Below are positions 12,331-23,654 of a DNA stretch of 64,000 nt, one piece after another (the stretch's first letter is position 1; each line of letters starts with the position of its first letter). The stretch is taken from contig NC_135670.1 in assembly GCF_964188315.1 (NCBI RefSeq), forward strand, positions 15,748,001-15,812,000. Direction: 5' to 3'. The stretch comes from Podarcis muralis. Its lineage: Eukaryota. The position numbers and the translations under genes were made by a program. The notes under the pieces were generated by a model. That model was not told the origin of the DNA. It ran no database searches and saw nothing but the letters and a program-made list of their open reading frames with translations.

Positions 12331-14715
12331 AAAAGGCTTTGCTGGTTTTAATTGTCTGTATTTTAATAGATTTGTTTTTTGCATTGTTTTAATTCTGTTA
12401 GAATTGAATTACCTTTGAACGATGAACATTCATGTTCTTAGGGTTTTGTTTTTTTTGTATTTTATCTGTGTGGTTTTAATTTGTGTAAGACCTTGAGTAA
12501 TAATGAAACATAATAATGGAGACTTCAGTCCAGGTTACGAGTTCAGCACCCTGTTTGGGGCTCTCGCCTGACAATTGGGGCTCATCACACATCAAGTCTG
12601 TGGAGCCCGTGGCCCTTGCATTGTTGTGGGGCTGAGACTCAGGCTTTGTGCACACGACTCTATGCTCTGGCTCCAATGTGCTCCCTCTGTTAGCCACAGT
12701 CCATAGGTATCCTGTAGTTTATAGACAAAATACTGCCGTTGGATGAGTTTTCCCTCAAACCAACTCTCATCCAATTTGAAAATGCATGTGAGAGCCCATC
12801 CACACCACAGAATAAAGCGGAGTATGTACCCCTTGTGTGTTCTTTAATTTCCTCTCGTCTGTACAGTGTTGACCAGAAATAGCAGCTGTCCCGAACGTTA
12901 TCCCTGCCAAATCCGGTGTTTCCCTATCCTTGGGAAATCCCCAAAGGGAATCTGCTCTTCTTTAGCTGTACTCCTGCCAGTTTTCTGTGTGCTCCCGCCA
13001 CTGGTTGCACTGTGGATTTATATAATACCATTTTAGTAGTTTTATTTTCGATCCCTTTTCTGGCAATCTCTAACATCTGCCTTGCAGGGGGTTGGACTAG
13101 ATAACCCTTGGTGTCCCTTCCAACTCTACAGTTCTGTGAATTCACCTTTTTTGCACAGCATATTTGCTGAGCAGTCCATTTCAGCCCTAAGGCCTTGTTT
13201 CTGGCCAGTCACCTCCAGATCAATCCCCATGAGCTTATGTGTGGAGTTAGGACGTTTCTGTCCTGTTATGTATCACTTTACACCGGATCACACTGAAATG
13301 TGTTTTGTGTGTGTGTGTGTGTGTGTGTGTGTTTTGCCATTTTAACACCCAGCTTGGAGAGACTCAGGAAGGTTCTTTGCAATTCAAGCCAGGGATGGGA
13401 GAACCTGTGGCAACGCTGATGTTGCTGGACCACAAACCCCAACATCCCTGACCACAGACCATCCTGGCTGGTGGTGATGGGAGCCTGGAGTCCAGCAACA
13501 TCTGCAGGGCCGCTGGTTCCCCATCCCAGATTTAGACCATAGCAATTCTCCTGGAACCAAGTCAAAAGCAGACTTAAGATCAATAAAGGCGGGAGGGCGT
13601 TGAAGGCTTAGTGCCAGGAACTGAAGTATACATCTCTCTGCCAGGTGAGCTAATACACAGCGATGGTTGAGCGACCGGCTTTAAATCTAATCTCTGCCTT
13701 CCAAATAATACTATTATCCTCCTTCATACAAAGTTAAAGCTTATGTTTTAAAAACCTGGCATAAAGTTTTCCAATAACTGCCTTCCAAGAAGGCTAATGG
13801 GGAAATAATGATCTGGATTGGTCCCATCACCTTTTCTTAATGTGATGAGCTAGGAAAGTTTTACTCAGTGCTCCCCCCCCAAAAAAAATAGGTGCCAGTA
13901 CTCCCCATGGCTGTTAGTTAAGTCCCACACTTTTTAACAACAACAAAAAAGAGGTGCCAGTACGCTTTCCCTTGAGTACCCCTGAAAAAAGCACTGGCTT
14001 TACTGCATATACTGGGAGTCTTTCCAGTTCTGTTAATAAAATACGAAGGAATGAGAGTAAAGATATCGCACTGTTCTGGGAAAGATTTTAAGATATGAGG
14101 AGGTATATAATCTTGCTTTCCCAGAGCAATCAGATAAAGGATTTCACCTGACACTGCAGGTTGCCACTCTGCGGCATAAAGAAATGGTTCAAAACATCTG
14201 GAGGGTGCTGGCTTGGCTAGTCTTTTGCATTCCCAGTTTTATGTTTAGTATGATTGCAACAGAGCTCAGTTTACAACTCACATGCTTTCAGGAATGCCCC
14301 GAAACCCAAAAGATGCTCTGCTGGGTCACACCAGAGTGCCAGACCAGAAGATGCTTCATTTTCAGTCTGGCTCTCTGGCACGAATCAGCTGGGTCGTGCC
14401 TGAGCACCCGAACAAAAGCAGCTCATCTTTTGCTCTCGCTTGTCTTTTGCTCAGGACCAAAAAAGGAGCGTCCCTAATTTGGTCCCAAGAATGTTGGAGA
14501 GTATGCAGCTTGCAACAGCTTTGTCATCCCTATAATAGCAGAGAACACCCTATTGATCAACTCAAGGAGCGGGGTTTTCTCCAACACAGTTGTCTTGTCT
14601 TAGGGCTCATGCATTTCCTGTGCTTTATAAACACGGGTCCAAGAGGTTTTTCATTTGCCCCGCTGCTTTCCCCAGAAAAACCCATGATTTAGCTCTGAAT
14701 TGTAATTGTAATTGT

Positions 14716-15035
14716 AAAGGTACCCCTGACCATTAGGTCCAGTTGCGGACGACTCTGTGGTTGCGGCGCTCATCTCGCTTTATTGGCCGAGGAAGCCGGC
14801 ATATAGCTTCCGGGCCATGTGGCCAGCATGACTAAGCTGCTTCTGGCGAACCAGAGCAGCGCATGGAAACACCGTTTACCTTCCCGTCGGAGTGGTACCT
14901 ATTTATCTACTTTCGAACTGCTAGGTTGGCAGGAGCAGGGACCGAGCAACGGGAGCTTGCAGGGATTCGAACTGCCGACCTTCTGATCGGCAAGCCCTAG
15001 GCTCTGTGGTTTAACCCACAGTGCCACCCGCGTCC
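14716..15035 (-). mobile_element. Sauria SINE with TSD ctgaattgtaa
   Basis: Reverse-oriented head, body and tail with small internal deletions. TSD on both sides. Confidence 0.9.
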
Positions 15036-15317
15036 GCTGAATTGTAACAAATGTCAATCAGGTTTTCTGCAGAAAAGCACAGGACGAACCTCTACCCTAA
15101 TCTCAGTGCAAAGGCTTGATTTTTTTCCCACTGAAAAGAAGCCTGGAGTCTGTTATGGCCAAGAGGGAGGACTCCAGTTTTTCTACCTGGAAGGCAAACT
15201 TGTTTTGCTGGCTTAAGTACATGGCAAAGCGCCAACAAGATCATTGTGCAGAATTCACTGTTTATTTCTCATCCTGCCGCATCTTCCCAGGTTCCTCTGC
15301 TCCGTCTGGGGCACTGC

Positions 15318-16422
15318 CTATGTCTCGTCCTGGACTGCGTAGATCACAAAGTCATCGGGAAGGTCAGCCTGGGTGCTCCTCCTCTGCCTGTTCGCGGTGA
15401 GCCAGCCCGTGGCCAGGGCCATCTTGAGCTTGCGCAGCCTGTACATCAAGCTCACCAGCTCCTGCTCCATGTACCCCAGCGACTTCAGGCCAGACCGGAC
15501 AGAGCAGCCGCGCCGGGGCCCACAAGGCGTGTGCGGTGGGGGCATGCGGCAGTCCGTGACCTGATCAGAAAAAGGCAGCCGTGAGCAGTTGTTAAGACAG
15601 GGGCTGGGGAAGGCCACATTCCCTTGGAGGGGTCTGGGGAGCCACAACCAGGTAGGCTGCTCTTTCCTTGCGTGTTTTCTCCCACCCGCCTCTGGCATTT
15701 GCTGCCGGTTCATTTCCGGGCTTAACCCAAGGTGCTTGCAATAGTGTTTAAAACCCTGACAAACACAGGCCCCAAAGACCTGAAACACTGAATTCCCTAA
15801 TGACCCTTCTCAGCCCTGGTGGTTCTTCCTCTCCCTTCTATTTCCCACCACTAAGCCCTGGAGATGGAGGTTAATTGGGAGAGGAGAAGTCAAAATGTCT
15901 GTGCAATAATTTGCAGCCGGCTCCTTCCTGGCTGAAGCTTGCAAGCTGCATGTACAGGAAGAAGAAGAAGAAGAAGAAGAAGAAGAAGAAGAAGAAGAAG
16001 AAGAAGAAGAAGAAGAAGAAGAAGACACTCACACCCACCTAGAAATTCAAGCCCTCCTCCTGCTACTTGGAGGGGCCAGGAATACCTGGAGAGCCCTGGA
16101 GATCTGGCCACCCTATGTAGGCTTCTGCCCTTTGCCCCAAATGCCAGAGGGTGGGCTTGGAACCAGTTCTCTGCCGCCCCCAGGCACTCACCTCCGTGTC
16201 CCGCTGAGCCACTGGGCACTGCTCCATGGAGAAACCTCCCAGGAGCCAGACCAGGCTGTAGAAACACGCCAGGCTGAGGAGCCACAGCAGAATCTGCCCA
16301 TGCACCTGGTAGTTCTCCTGGTCCTCCGAGAGGCTGTTGTCCTGGTTGCTCAGGGCCCAGGCGGGGGCCAGCCACCCTAGCAAGCAGCAGATCCACCCAG
16401 CCAGGACAACATCCATGGCCAT
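15318..16422 (-). CDS. FAM209-like single-pass membrane protein A, 157 aa (exons 16422-16192, 15560-15318)
   Basis: Exon 1 MAMDVVLAGWICCLLGWLAPAWA (signal) ... ILLWLLSLACFYSLVWLLGG (TM) ... QRDTE|GTGAGT. Acceptor tttttctgatcag|, phase 0. Exon 2 contains SLGYMEQELVSLMYRLRKLKMALATG, versus recalled human FAM209A [26 protein letters not shown]; QRDTE matches QRDSE. AATAAA at 15261-15266. An in-frame upstream ATG exists at 16449. Confidence 0.75.
15958..16023 (+). repeat. (GAA)22 microsatellite
   Basis: Uninterrupted GAA tract counted directly, in the intron of FAM209-like A. Confidence 0.97.
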
Positions 16423-16470
16423 TTCCTGCCTTCCTCTGAGCCTTACCATGGCACTGAGCCACGAGCAGCA

Positions 16471-16480
16471 GTGACATCAC
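16471..16480. promoter_or_regulatory. CRE-variant GTGACATCAC upstream of FAM209-like A
   Basis: One mismatch from palindromic CRE GTGACGTCAC, 49 nt upstream of ATG 16422. Confidence 0.5.
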
Positions 16481-17605
16481 AAACCCCTGGGCAGGTGAGG
16501 TGGCCTCTTGCCCTCTCCTGGCAGGGAGAGCTGAGCCAAGAGACCCAGCAGGGACAGATGTCCTCTTTGATGGGTGGCCTTGTCTCCTTGAGAGGCTGTC
16601 AGAGGACAGTCCTCTCTATCTGGAGGGGTTGTGGGGGGGGCCATCCAAGGGGAGCAGAGCAAGGGCAGAAGCAGCAGACTGAGCAGGCACACCCACAATG
16701 GTGAGATGCATTTTATCTCTTCTTTAAAACATAGCCAATGGTTTCTGAACTGGATAATTAGCATATGGAAATGATATGCAAATTGCTACCCCACCAGGCT
16801 CCTTCAAGAGGAAGGGAAGGATATGAATGGAAGAAATAAATAAATGATATCTTGCCCTCTATTTTGGAGGCGGCGAGGGGGGCAATGTACTAAGTGGCCA
16901 CTTCTAGAGCTTGGGGATAACAACCAGGTGGTGGTTTGCACCATCTTGGGGCCCCAATTATTTGAATATGCAGGATTGGTTTCATTCTTTTTAAAAAATG
17001 CAAATAGCATCAGCTGTGTAGTGGGGGAGGAAACTGATAATTATCAGGACTGCAATAAGCTTCTGAAAGTGCTATTTGGCATGATGGGGACAGCCCTCGT
17101 TGGTGTTGAATGTGATCTTTCCTCCCCATGCAAATAGCAGCTTCAAAGGATTGAATTCAGGCAAGGAAATCAAAGAGTTAAAGCAAAAACACACATGCAA
17201 TGATGAAAGGTAACATTGGATCTATCCTCTGACAACAAAGGAGCAAGTATGGTTGCCTTTGCCTTCTCTAGATCAGTTAAGTTAGCTTACGACGAGAAAC
17301 CTATCCAAGTTATGTACATATAATAAACTACTTTATTATCCACTTACTCTGCAAGCATCTCTCTGTGTATAACTGCAAAAAGTAAGGTCTACTCTCCAAC
17401 CAAAATTCACAAGCCGTCTCCTTCTCCAACAGGTAATTTGGCTTGGGTGGGACGGGCAAAGTCCACTTGGCAGCTAGCCACAGGGGGAGGGTACACACAA
17501 TGGTGCAAGGGTCTGGGTACACACAATGTTCGTGTACATGCAGAACCCTTGGAACCGAACCCCTGCTTAAAATGCAATCATACTGCTATCAATGCCCCTC
17601 TCCTG

Positions 17606-17831
17606 TAGGGCTGGGCGATATCTGGTTTTCAAGATTGCGATGGCTCACCAACTAAACATTGAGATACAGTGATATATCACAATGTCTGAAATGAGGATGG
17701 AGCTATGCTTGGCTTCACGGTTTTTCCTGCATTGAGATTTTTGCTCGCGCCTGCTCTTGGGATTTGCTTCAGGAATCAAGAGAAGCATAGGCTGGCTTCA
17801 TGTTTGCCCCCACACTGTGATTTTTGCCTAG

Positions 17832-17874
<43 letters not shown>

Positions 17875-17967
17875 ATCATGATTTGCAATATATTGCCAGG
17901 TCTAAAATTATGATATGGACTTCAAACCAGTTTGGGATGATATATTGAGATATATCGCCCAGCCCTG
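17606..17967. mobile_element. hAT-type MITE
   Basis: TIRs tagggctgggcgata / tatcgcccagccctg; 8-bp TSD ctctcctg/ctctccag. Related copies near 32579 and 45939. Confidence 0.8.
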
Positions 17968-18159
17968 CTCTCCAGCATTATTCCCCCACCCCGACTTCTC
18001 CCTCTTCCCTGTGGCACTTCTGCCTGCATTTCCCAATTCCTTTGGCTGCAGAACCGGCGCAATTTCCGCCCCCATGAAGGTGCCCTGCAGCCTCCTCTGC
18101 CATAGATTTATTATTAGTATTTTGAGTTTTGCTTTCCAAACCCTCCCCGGTCCCCAGGC

Positions 18160-18648
18160 TCAGTCCTCCTCTTCGATGTCAAACACCACCAAGTTGAAGG
18201 CCTTGGCGCTTTCCCTGGCCAGCTGGCACTCGGGTGCCCGGCAGCCGCGGTGGCGCAGGGTGAGGGCGGCCTTGTGGTTCCGCACAAGCGTCACCAGCTT
18301 CACGAGCTCCATCTCCATCTGGAAGAAGGCGTGCAAGAGGTGCCGCTCCAGATCCTGTTCGTGGGCCAGCTGGGCTTCTTCCTGCAGAGGAGAGAGGAGG
18401 AGGAGGAGGAGGATGTTGGTCAGGCAGAGCGAGGGGCTGTGAACATTATAGGAAGATGCTTGAGATAAAACAGGCCAAGGGTGCCCCTAGCAGCCAGAGC
18501 AATGGTTGCCAAAGTGCTGATGAGGTCAAAAGGAAACCAGAGAAAAACTTTTAGCACCAACTAGGCTGCAGGAGTTGTCGAAGGAGGAGTCCAAGGCACC
18601 ATCCAACTGTCTTAGGGACTCCACTACAGATTTGTATAGGGTTTGCTC

Positions 18649-18693
<45 letters not shown>

Positions 18694-19686
18694 TTGTTAT
18701 TTATACCCCACCCATCTGGTTGGGTATCCTCAGCCACTCTGGGCAGCTTCCAACAAAAGATTAAAAATACATTACAACATCAGTCATTAAAAACTTCCCT
18801 AAACAGGGCTCCCTTCAGATGTCTTCGAAACGTCAGAAAGTTGTTTATTTCTTTGACATCTGACGGGAGGGCGTTCCACAGGGCGGGTGCCACTACCGAG
18901 AAGGCCCTCTGCCTGTTTCCCTGTAACTTCGCTTCTCGCAGTAAAGGCCCTCGGAGCTGGACCTCAGTGTCTGGGCTGAATGATGGGAGTGGAGATGCTC
19001 CTTCAGGTATACTGGGCTGAGGCCTTAGCCTGTTCAGTCTCCTAGCAGAGGTTTAGGACCTGAGTTTTCCTTCTCCTAGATGAGATAGCTTCCCAAGTGG
19101 ACAATCTCTTCCAGTACACCTCTGAATAACAGTTGCTCAGAATCCCAAGTGAGGAAGAGAGGATTGCTGTTGCACCCAGGTCCTGCTTGCTGGCGGCATC
19201 CCAGGACACTGGATTAGATGGGCCCCTCTATGACCTGACCCAGCTACAGGCCTCTCCTTGTGGAAATCTATTGTGATAACAGAACCTCCACGCTCAGGGA
19301 CAGTCTACCTCTGAATACCAGCTGATGGGGAACGATGACTGGAGAGTTGCCTTTGTGCTCAGGTACTGCTTGCGGATTTCCCTTTGGAGCACCTGGCTGG
19401 TCACTGTGGGGGCAGGATGAGCCCCCTTTGGCTCTTCTAATCTCCTTCTGTTTGTCTCCTGGAACCCCCCCCCCACCTCCTTTCCCTTTCTTACCCCTGC
19501 ATCTTCTGCCTTGGGCTTCGTGTGCAGCCATTTCGCTCCCAGGACCAGCACCAGAACCACAACGGAGCCAAATGCCAAGCTGTCCCAAGCCCCGGGGGAG
19601 ACGGCTTCCTTCTGCTCTTCCACCGCAGCACGGCGTACGGCAGAGCTTCCCTGGCAGAGCCACAACACCCACAGCAGGCTGTGCAT
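18160..19686 (-). CDS. FAM209-like single-pass membrane protein B, 137 aa (exons 19686-19495, 18381-18160)
   Basis: Exon 1 MHSLLWVLWLCQGSSA (signal) ... LAFGSVVVLVLVLGAKWL (TM) ... EDAG|GTAAGA. Acceptor ctctcctctgcag|, phase 0. Exon 2 has HAFFQMEMELVKLVTLVRNHKAAL and ends AFNLVVFDIEEED*. AATAAA at 18107-18112. An in-frame upstream ATG exists at 19785. Confidence 0.75.
18700..19020 (-). mobile_element. L2 LINE 3' fragment with (TAA)n tail
   Basis: Reverse complement gives RAFSVVAPALWNALP; adjacent (TAA)n at 18648-18693. Confidence 0.8.
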
Positions 19687-19736
19687 GGTGAATACAAATG
19701 GTGGCGGAGTCCCTGGGGCCAAGCGGGCCCTGGTCT

Positions 19737-19746
19737 GTGATGTCAC
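19737..19746. promoter_or_regulatory. CRE-variant GTGACATCAC (minus strand) upstream of FAM209-like B
   Basis: Plus strand gtgatgtcac, 51 nt upstream of ATG 19686. CCAAT on the minus strand near 19761-19766. Confidence 0.5.
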
Positions 19747-19874
19747 AGATGCGCCAGCCCCATTGGCCAGTCGCGTGGGTGACATCGGGAGAGGGTTCCG
19801 TCAGCTGGCCAATTGCTTATTTATTTGCTACCTTTTAATCCCCCCTGCTTTCCTCCCACATGTGGCACACATAT

Positions 19875-20226
19875 AAAAAAGGTAAAGGGACCATTGACCG
19901 TTAGGTCCAGTTGTGACCGACTCTGGGGTTGTGGCGCTCATCTTGCTTTATTGGCCGATGGAGCCGGTGTACAGCTTCCAGGTCATGTGGCCAGCATGAC
20001 TAAGGCGCTTCTGGCGAACCAGAGCAGCGCACGGAAACGCTGTTTACCTTCCCGCCGGAGTGGTACCTATTTATCTACTTGCACTTTGACGTGCTTTCAA
20101 ACTGCTAGGTTGGCAGGAGCAGGGACCAAGCAACAGGAGCTCACCCCATAGCGGGGATTCGAACCGCCGACCTTCTGATCGGCAAGTCCTAGGCCTTGTG
20201 GTTTAACCCACAGCGCCACCCGTGTC
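19875..20226 (-). mobile_element. Sauria SINE
   Basis: Reverse-oriented full copy. Confidence 0.92.
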
Positions 20227-21339
20227 ACAAATAAACAAATAAATGCCGTGGGCCCAACTGTGAGGAACTCCCTTCCGCAAGAAGTTAGACAGGCACTATC
20301 CCTTCAGAGTTTCTGGCACCTGGTCAAAGCTGTTCTGTTTCAGGAAGCCTTTGCACCCTGAATGTTCCTTGCTTTCTTTCCTTCCTCTTTCTCTTATTTT
20401 ATATATAAATATTTATTTATTAAAAAAACCAATTGTTATTTATATTAAATGCTCAAGGTTATAGATATTGGAGGCTCGATTTATGTTTTAATTTGATGTT
20501 TTAATATTGCATATTTTATTGCTGTAAGCTGCCCTGAGGCCTTCAGGGTGAAAAGCGGGAGAAGCGTTTTTAAATAAATAAAGAATATATTTCAGCAGTG
20601 TAAATGTTCTACTATTATTTTGCCTTACTTGGAATTCCGCTAAATACTGGTTGTAGGGGAGAGAAAGTTTCACAAAATGGGCATCTGGATGGCCACTGTG
20701 AGAACAGGATGGTGGCCTAGGTGGGCCATGGGCCTGATCCCACAGGCTCTTCTTAGGTTCTGAGGAGCAGGCATTGAGGCATACGCCAAGCGACTGGACC
20801 CAGTTAGTACCCTGGAAGCTGTAGCCCATCCAAGCTGTGACTTTGGGGCCACCTTCAAGGGGAGTCCTGCAAACAATGCGCCACAGTAGTCTACCCCGGG
20901 GCCTGACTCCCGCTCACACCCCTCGCTTGCACAAAAGGGTCCTGTGTGGTGGTCTTTGCCTGAGCGGCCTTCAGAGCAAAAGCTAGCCATCAAATCAAAG
21001 GTGGCATTAAACGTCTGAATGCACTTAAGGAGTCTGGGTCACAACAACAGTGGGAGAAGCAGGGTGAGGAATGCCATATTCAGGGAGGAAAGGCACCTTA
21101 TTAATCTCATTTCTAGCGCCACCCTTTTTCCTCCAAGGAGCTCCGGGTGTGGTGCGCAGGGTTCTCCCCCTCCTCATTTAATTTCCCCCACAACAACCCT
21201 GTGAGGTAGGTTAAGCGGAGAAGCAGTGACCGGCCCCCAAAGTCGCACCCAGGGCTGAGTGGGGATTTGAACCCGCGTCTGCCAGGTCCTAGTAGGTCAG
21301 CGCTCTAACCACTATGCATCACTGCCTCGCCCCCGCTCA

Positions 21340-21920
21340 GCAGAGAGCAGCCTCGCCTTATCGTTTGCAGGACCTTGGTGCGCCCTTCGTGCAAAGCCTG
21401 GGCGCGTTCCCACGTGCAAAGCCTGCCTTAGGGAGGAGCAGGCGCGCCCCCCTCCCCAACGAATAGCTTCGGGAGCGGATCGCTCGTTCTGTGTCTGTGT
21501 CTGTGTCCCCCCACCCACACCAGCCACGTGATGGAGCAGCAGCCCAACATGGCGCAGTCCTCCTAGGCCGCTCCATCCCAGCCCGGCGGGGAGGCCATCT
21601 GGCCTTGCAGAGCATCCCGGAGACCGGCAGGTAAGTGAGGCGGGGGTGGAGGTGGAGGGGGCGCACCAGAGTCCCTCCCCCCCCCCAGTGCAAAAACCCA
21701 CGCCATGCACGGTTCCCCAAACTGCCTTTCCCGCCCCTACCCCCCAGGTCCGCGGCTGGGATGGAGCCACGTGCCGGGTGGGGGTGGGTGGGGGTCGCCT
21801 TCTTGTGCCCTCCTCCGCCAGAGGAGAGGACCCGAGAGACGGCGACAACCTACCCCACCCCGTCGAGGAGAAGCAGGAGCCTTGCATCCAGGCGGCAAGG
21901 CGAGGATGGAGGACGTTGTG
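21340..21920 (+). promoter_or_regulatory. CpG-rich promoter and non-coding exon 1 of the RBM4-like gene
   Basis: High GC/CpG, YY1-like AACATGGCG near 21547-21555, donor CAG|GTAAGT at 21630/21631. Confidence 0.65.
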
Positions 21921-22556
21921 GTCCATCCAGATGCGGCTCCCATCACCAACATCTTTGCACCCCGGTTGGGGCTGGAGGGCATTGGAGGCCAGCAGCACAT
22001 CTGGAGGGTGACATTTGGGGGCGGGGTCTTTCCCCATCATCCCTGCTCTGCTGTTCAGAAGGTGGGGAGGGGTCTGCCTGGGTTCCACCAGTTCTGCAAA
22101 CCTTGTGGGGTGCTGGACGGGTGAGGGAGAGTGGGCTTCTCAGGGGCGAGGGGAGGAAATTGGGGCACCTTGGGGAGACGCTCACTGAACTCACCCCATG
22201 TATTTCTCCACCAGATTGTGGTCCTAGCAGTTTAGGGTAGATCTCTTGGAAAAACCAGATATAGAACATTGCAAAATATCTCATGAACCGGTGACCAAGA
22301 TCAAAATAGTCAGTCTCTGTTGAATATATCTGTTTAGCAGAGATAAGCAGAACAATAATTTTTATTATTATTGCTACTATTGTACTGCATTTGCTCAAAG
22401 AAGCTAAAGGGGGCATGCATGATTCTCCTCCTCCCCATCCTATCCTCACAACAACCCTGAGAGGTAGGTTGGGATGAGAGAGGCAGTGACTGGTCCCAAG
22501 GTCACCCAGTTAGTTTGATGGCTGAGCAGAGATCCTGGACTCCCAGGTCCTAGTGC

Positions 22557-22803
22557 CATGGGTAGGCAACCTAAGGCCTGGGGGCCGGATCCGGCCCAAT
22601 CGCCTTCTAAATTTGGCCCGCGGACGGTCCGGAAATCAGTGTGTTTTTTACATGAGTAGAATGTGTGCTTTTATTTAAAATGCATCTCTGGGTTATTTGT
22701 GGGGCATAGGAATTTGTTCATTCCCCCCCAATATAGTCCGGCCCCCCACAAGGTCTGAGGGACAGTGGACCGGCCCCCTGCTAAAAAAGTTTGCTGACCC
22801 CTG
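22557..22803. mobile_element. hAT-type MITE inserted into an older SINE
   Basis: Ends catgggtaggcaacc / tttgctgacccctg; inverted homolog of 34989-35287. Confidence 0.75.
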
Positions 22804-23654
22804 TACAATCTAACCTCTACAACTACCAACATTCAATATCCTTATCCAAGATCTGTTGAATAAATCTTTTGAACAACTAGAACAATTTATTTATTTCATA
22901 AAATGTATATACCACTTGATTGTTTTTTTAAAAAGGCACTTCAAAGCAATTTACAAAAAGATAAAACAATAAAATTAGCAGTAAGATAAAAAAGTAATGT
23001 AAGGAATTCAAAGAGTTAAAATAACAATAGACGAAAAACAAGATGTAACAACTCTCTAAACAATCCAAAATGTGCTAAGAAACAATGACCGATCTCAATA
23101 ACCCAGCCAGTAAGTTGGAACGGGTCTGTAAGTCAGTGGGCAGTGCCCATGCTTGGCATGTAGAAGGCATCAGGTTGAATCCCCACCAGCATCTCCAGGT
23201 AGGGTTAGAAATGTCTGAAGCCCTGATGAGCCGCTGGCTGCCAATGTTGACCAGCGTCTTCCAGCATGGTGCCATCTAGATGTGCTCAGTTGGGCTGAAC
23301 ATCTGGAGGGGAGTTGTAGTCTAAAACATCTGGAGGGGGCACCAGGTTGGGCAAGGCTTGGAGGAAAAACCAGATATCTGCAGATGTGGAGATGATGATG
23401 ATAGTATTTATATGCCACCCATCTGACTGGGTTGCCCCAGCCACTTGGGGCAGCTTCCAACAAAATGTGAAAACACAATAAAACATCAGCCATTAACATT
23501 TTCCCTGAACAGGGCTGCCTTCAGGTATCTGTTGGACACCTGTTGGGAAGGGTGGGAAATGGATGCCTCTGCATGAGAGAGGAAGAAGGGAGGGTCTTTC
23601 CCTTCTGCTCTGACCCCCTTTCCTCCTTCTTGCCCTCAGCGCAATTCACCCGCC

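Noticed and set aside
12530-12710. Possible minus-strand exon (YLWTVANRGSTLEPEHRVV...)
   Set aside because: The acceptor is plausible but the donor GTAACC is weak. No homology and no clear partner exon.
15810-16480. Poly-Ser, poly-Leu and poly-Arg ORFs
   Set aside because: Translations of the intronic (GAA)22 tract, merged with shadows of the real FAM209-like exon.
2100-21300. MAJIN and BATF2, expected between GPHA2 and ARL2 from human synteny
   Set aside because: I found no bZIP basic region or MAJIN N-terminal motif. TGIAFISIISSL (minus, about 4745-4785) faintly resembles the MAJIN TM end, but that frame has a stop just after the strong acceptor. Small divergent exons could still have been missed.
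21312-22449. Several 120-260-aa ORFs on both strands
   Set aside because: Expected stop-poor frames in a GC-rich promoter/first intron; no recognisable domains.
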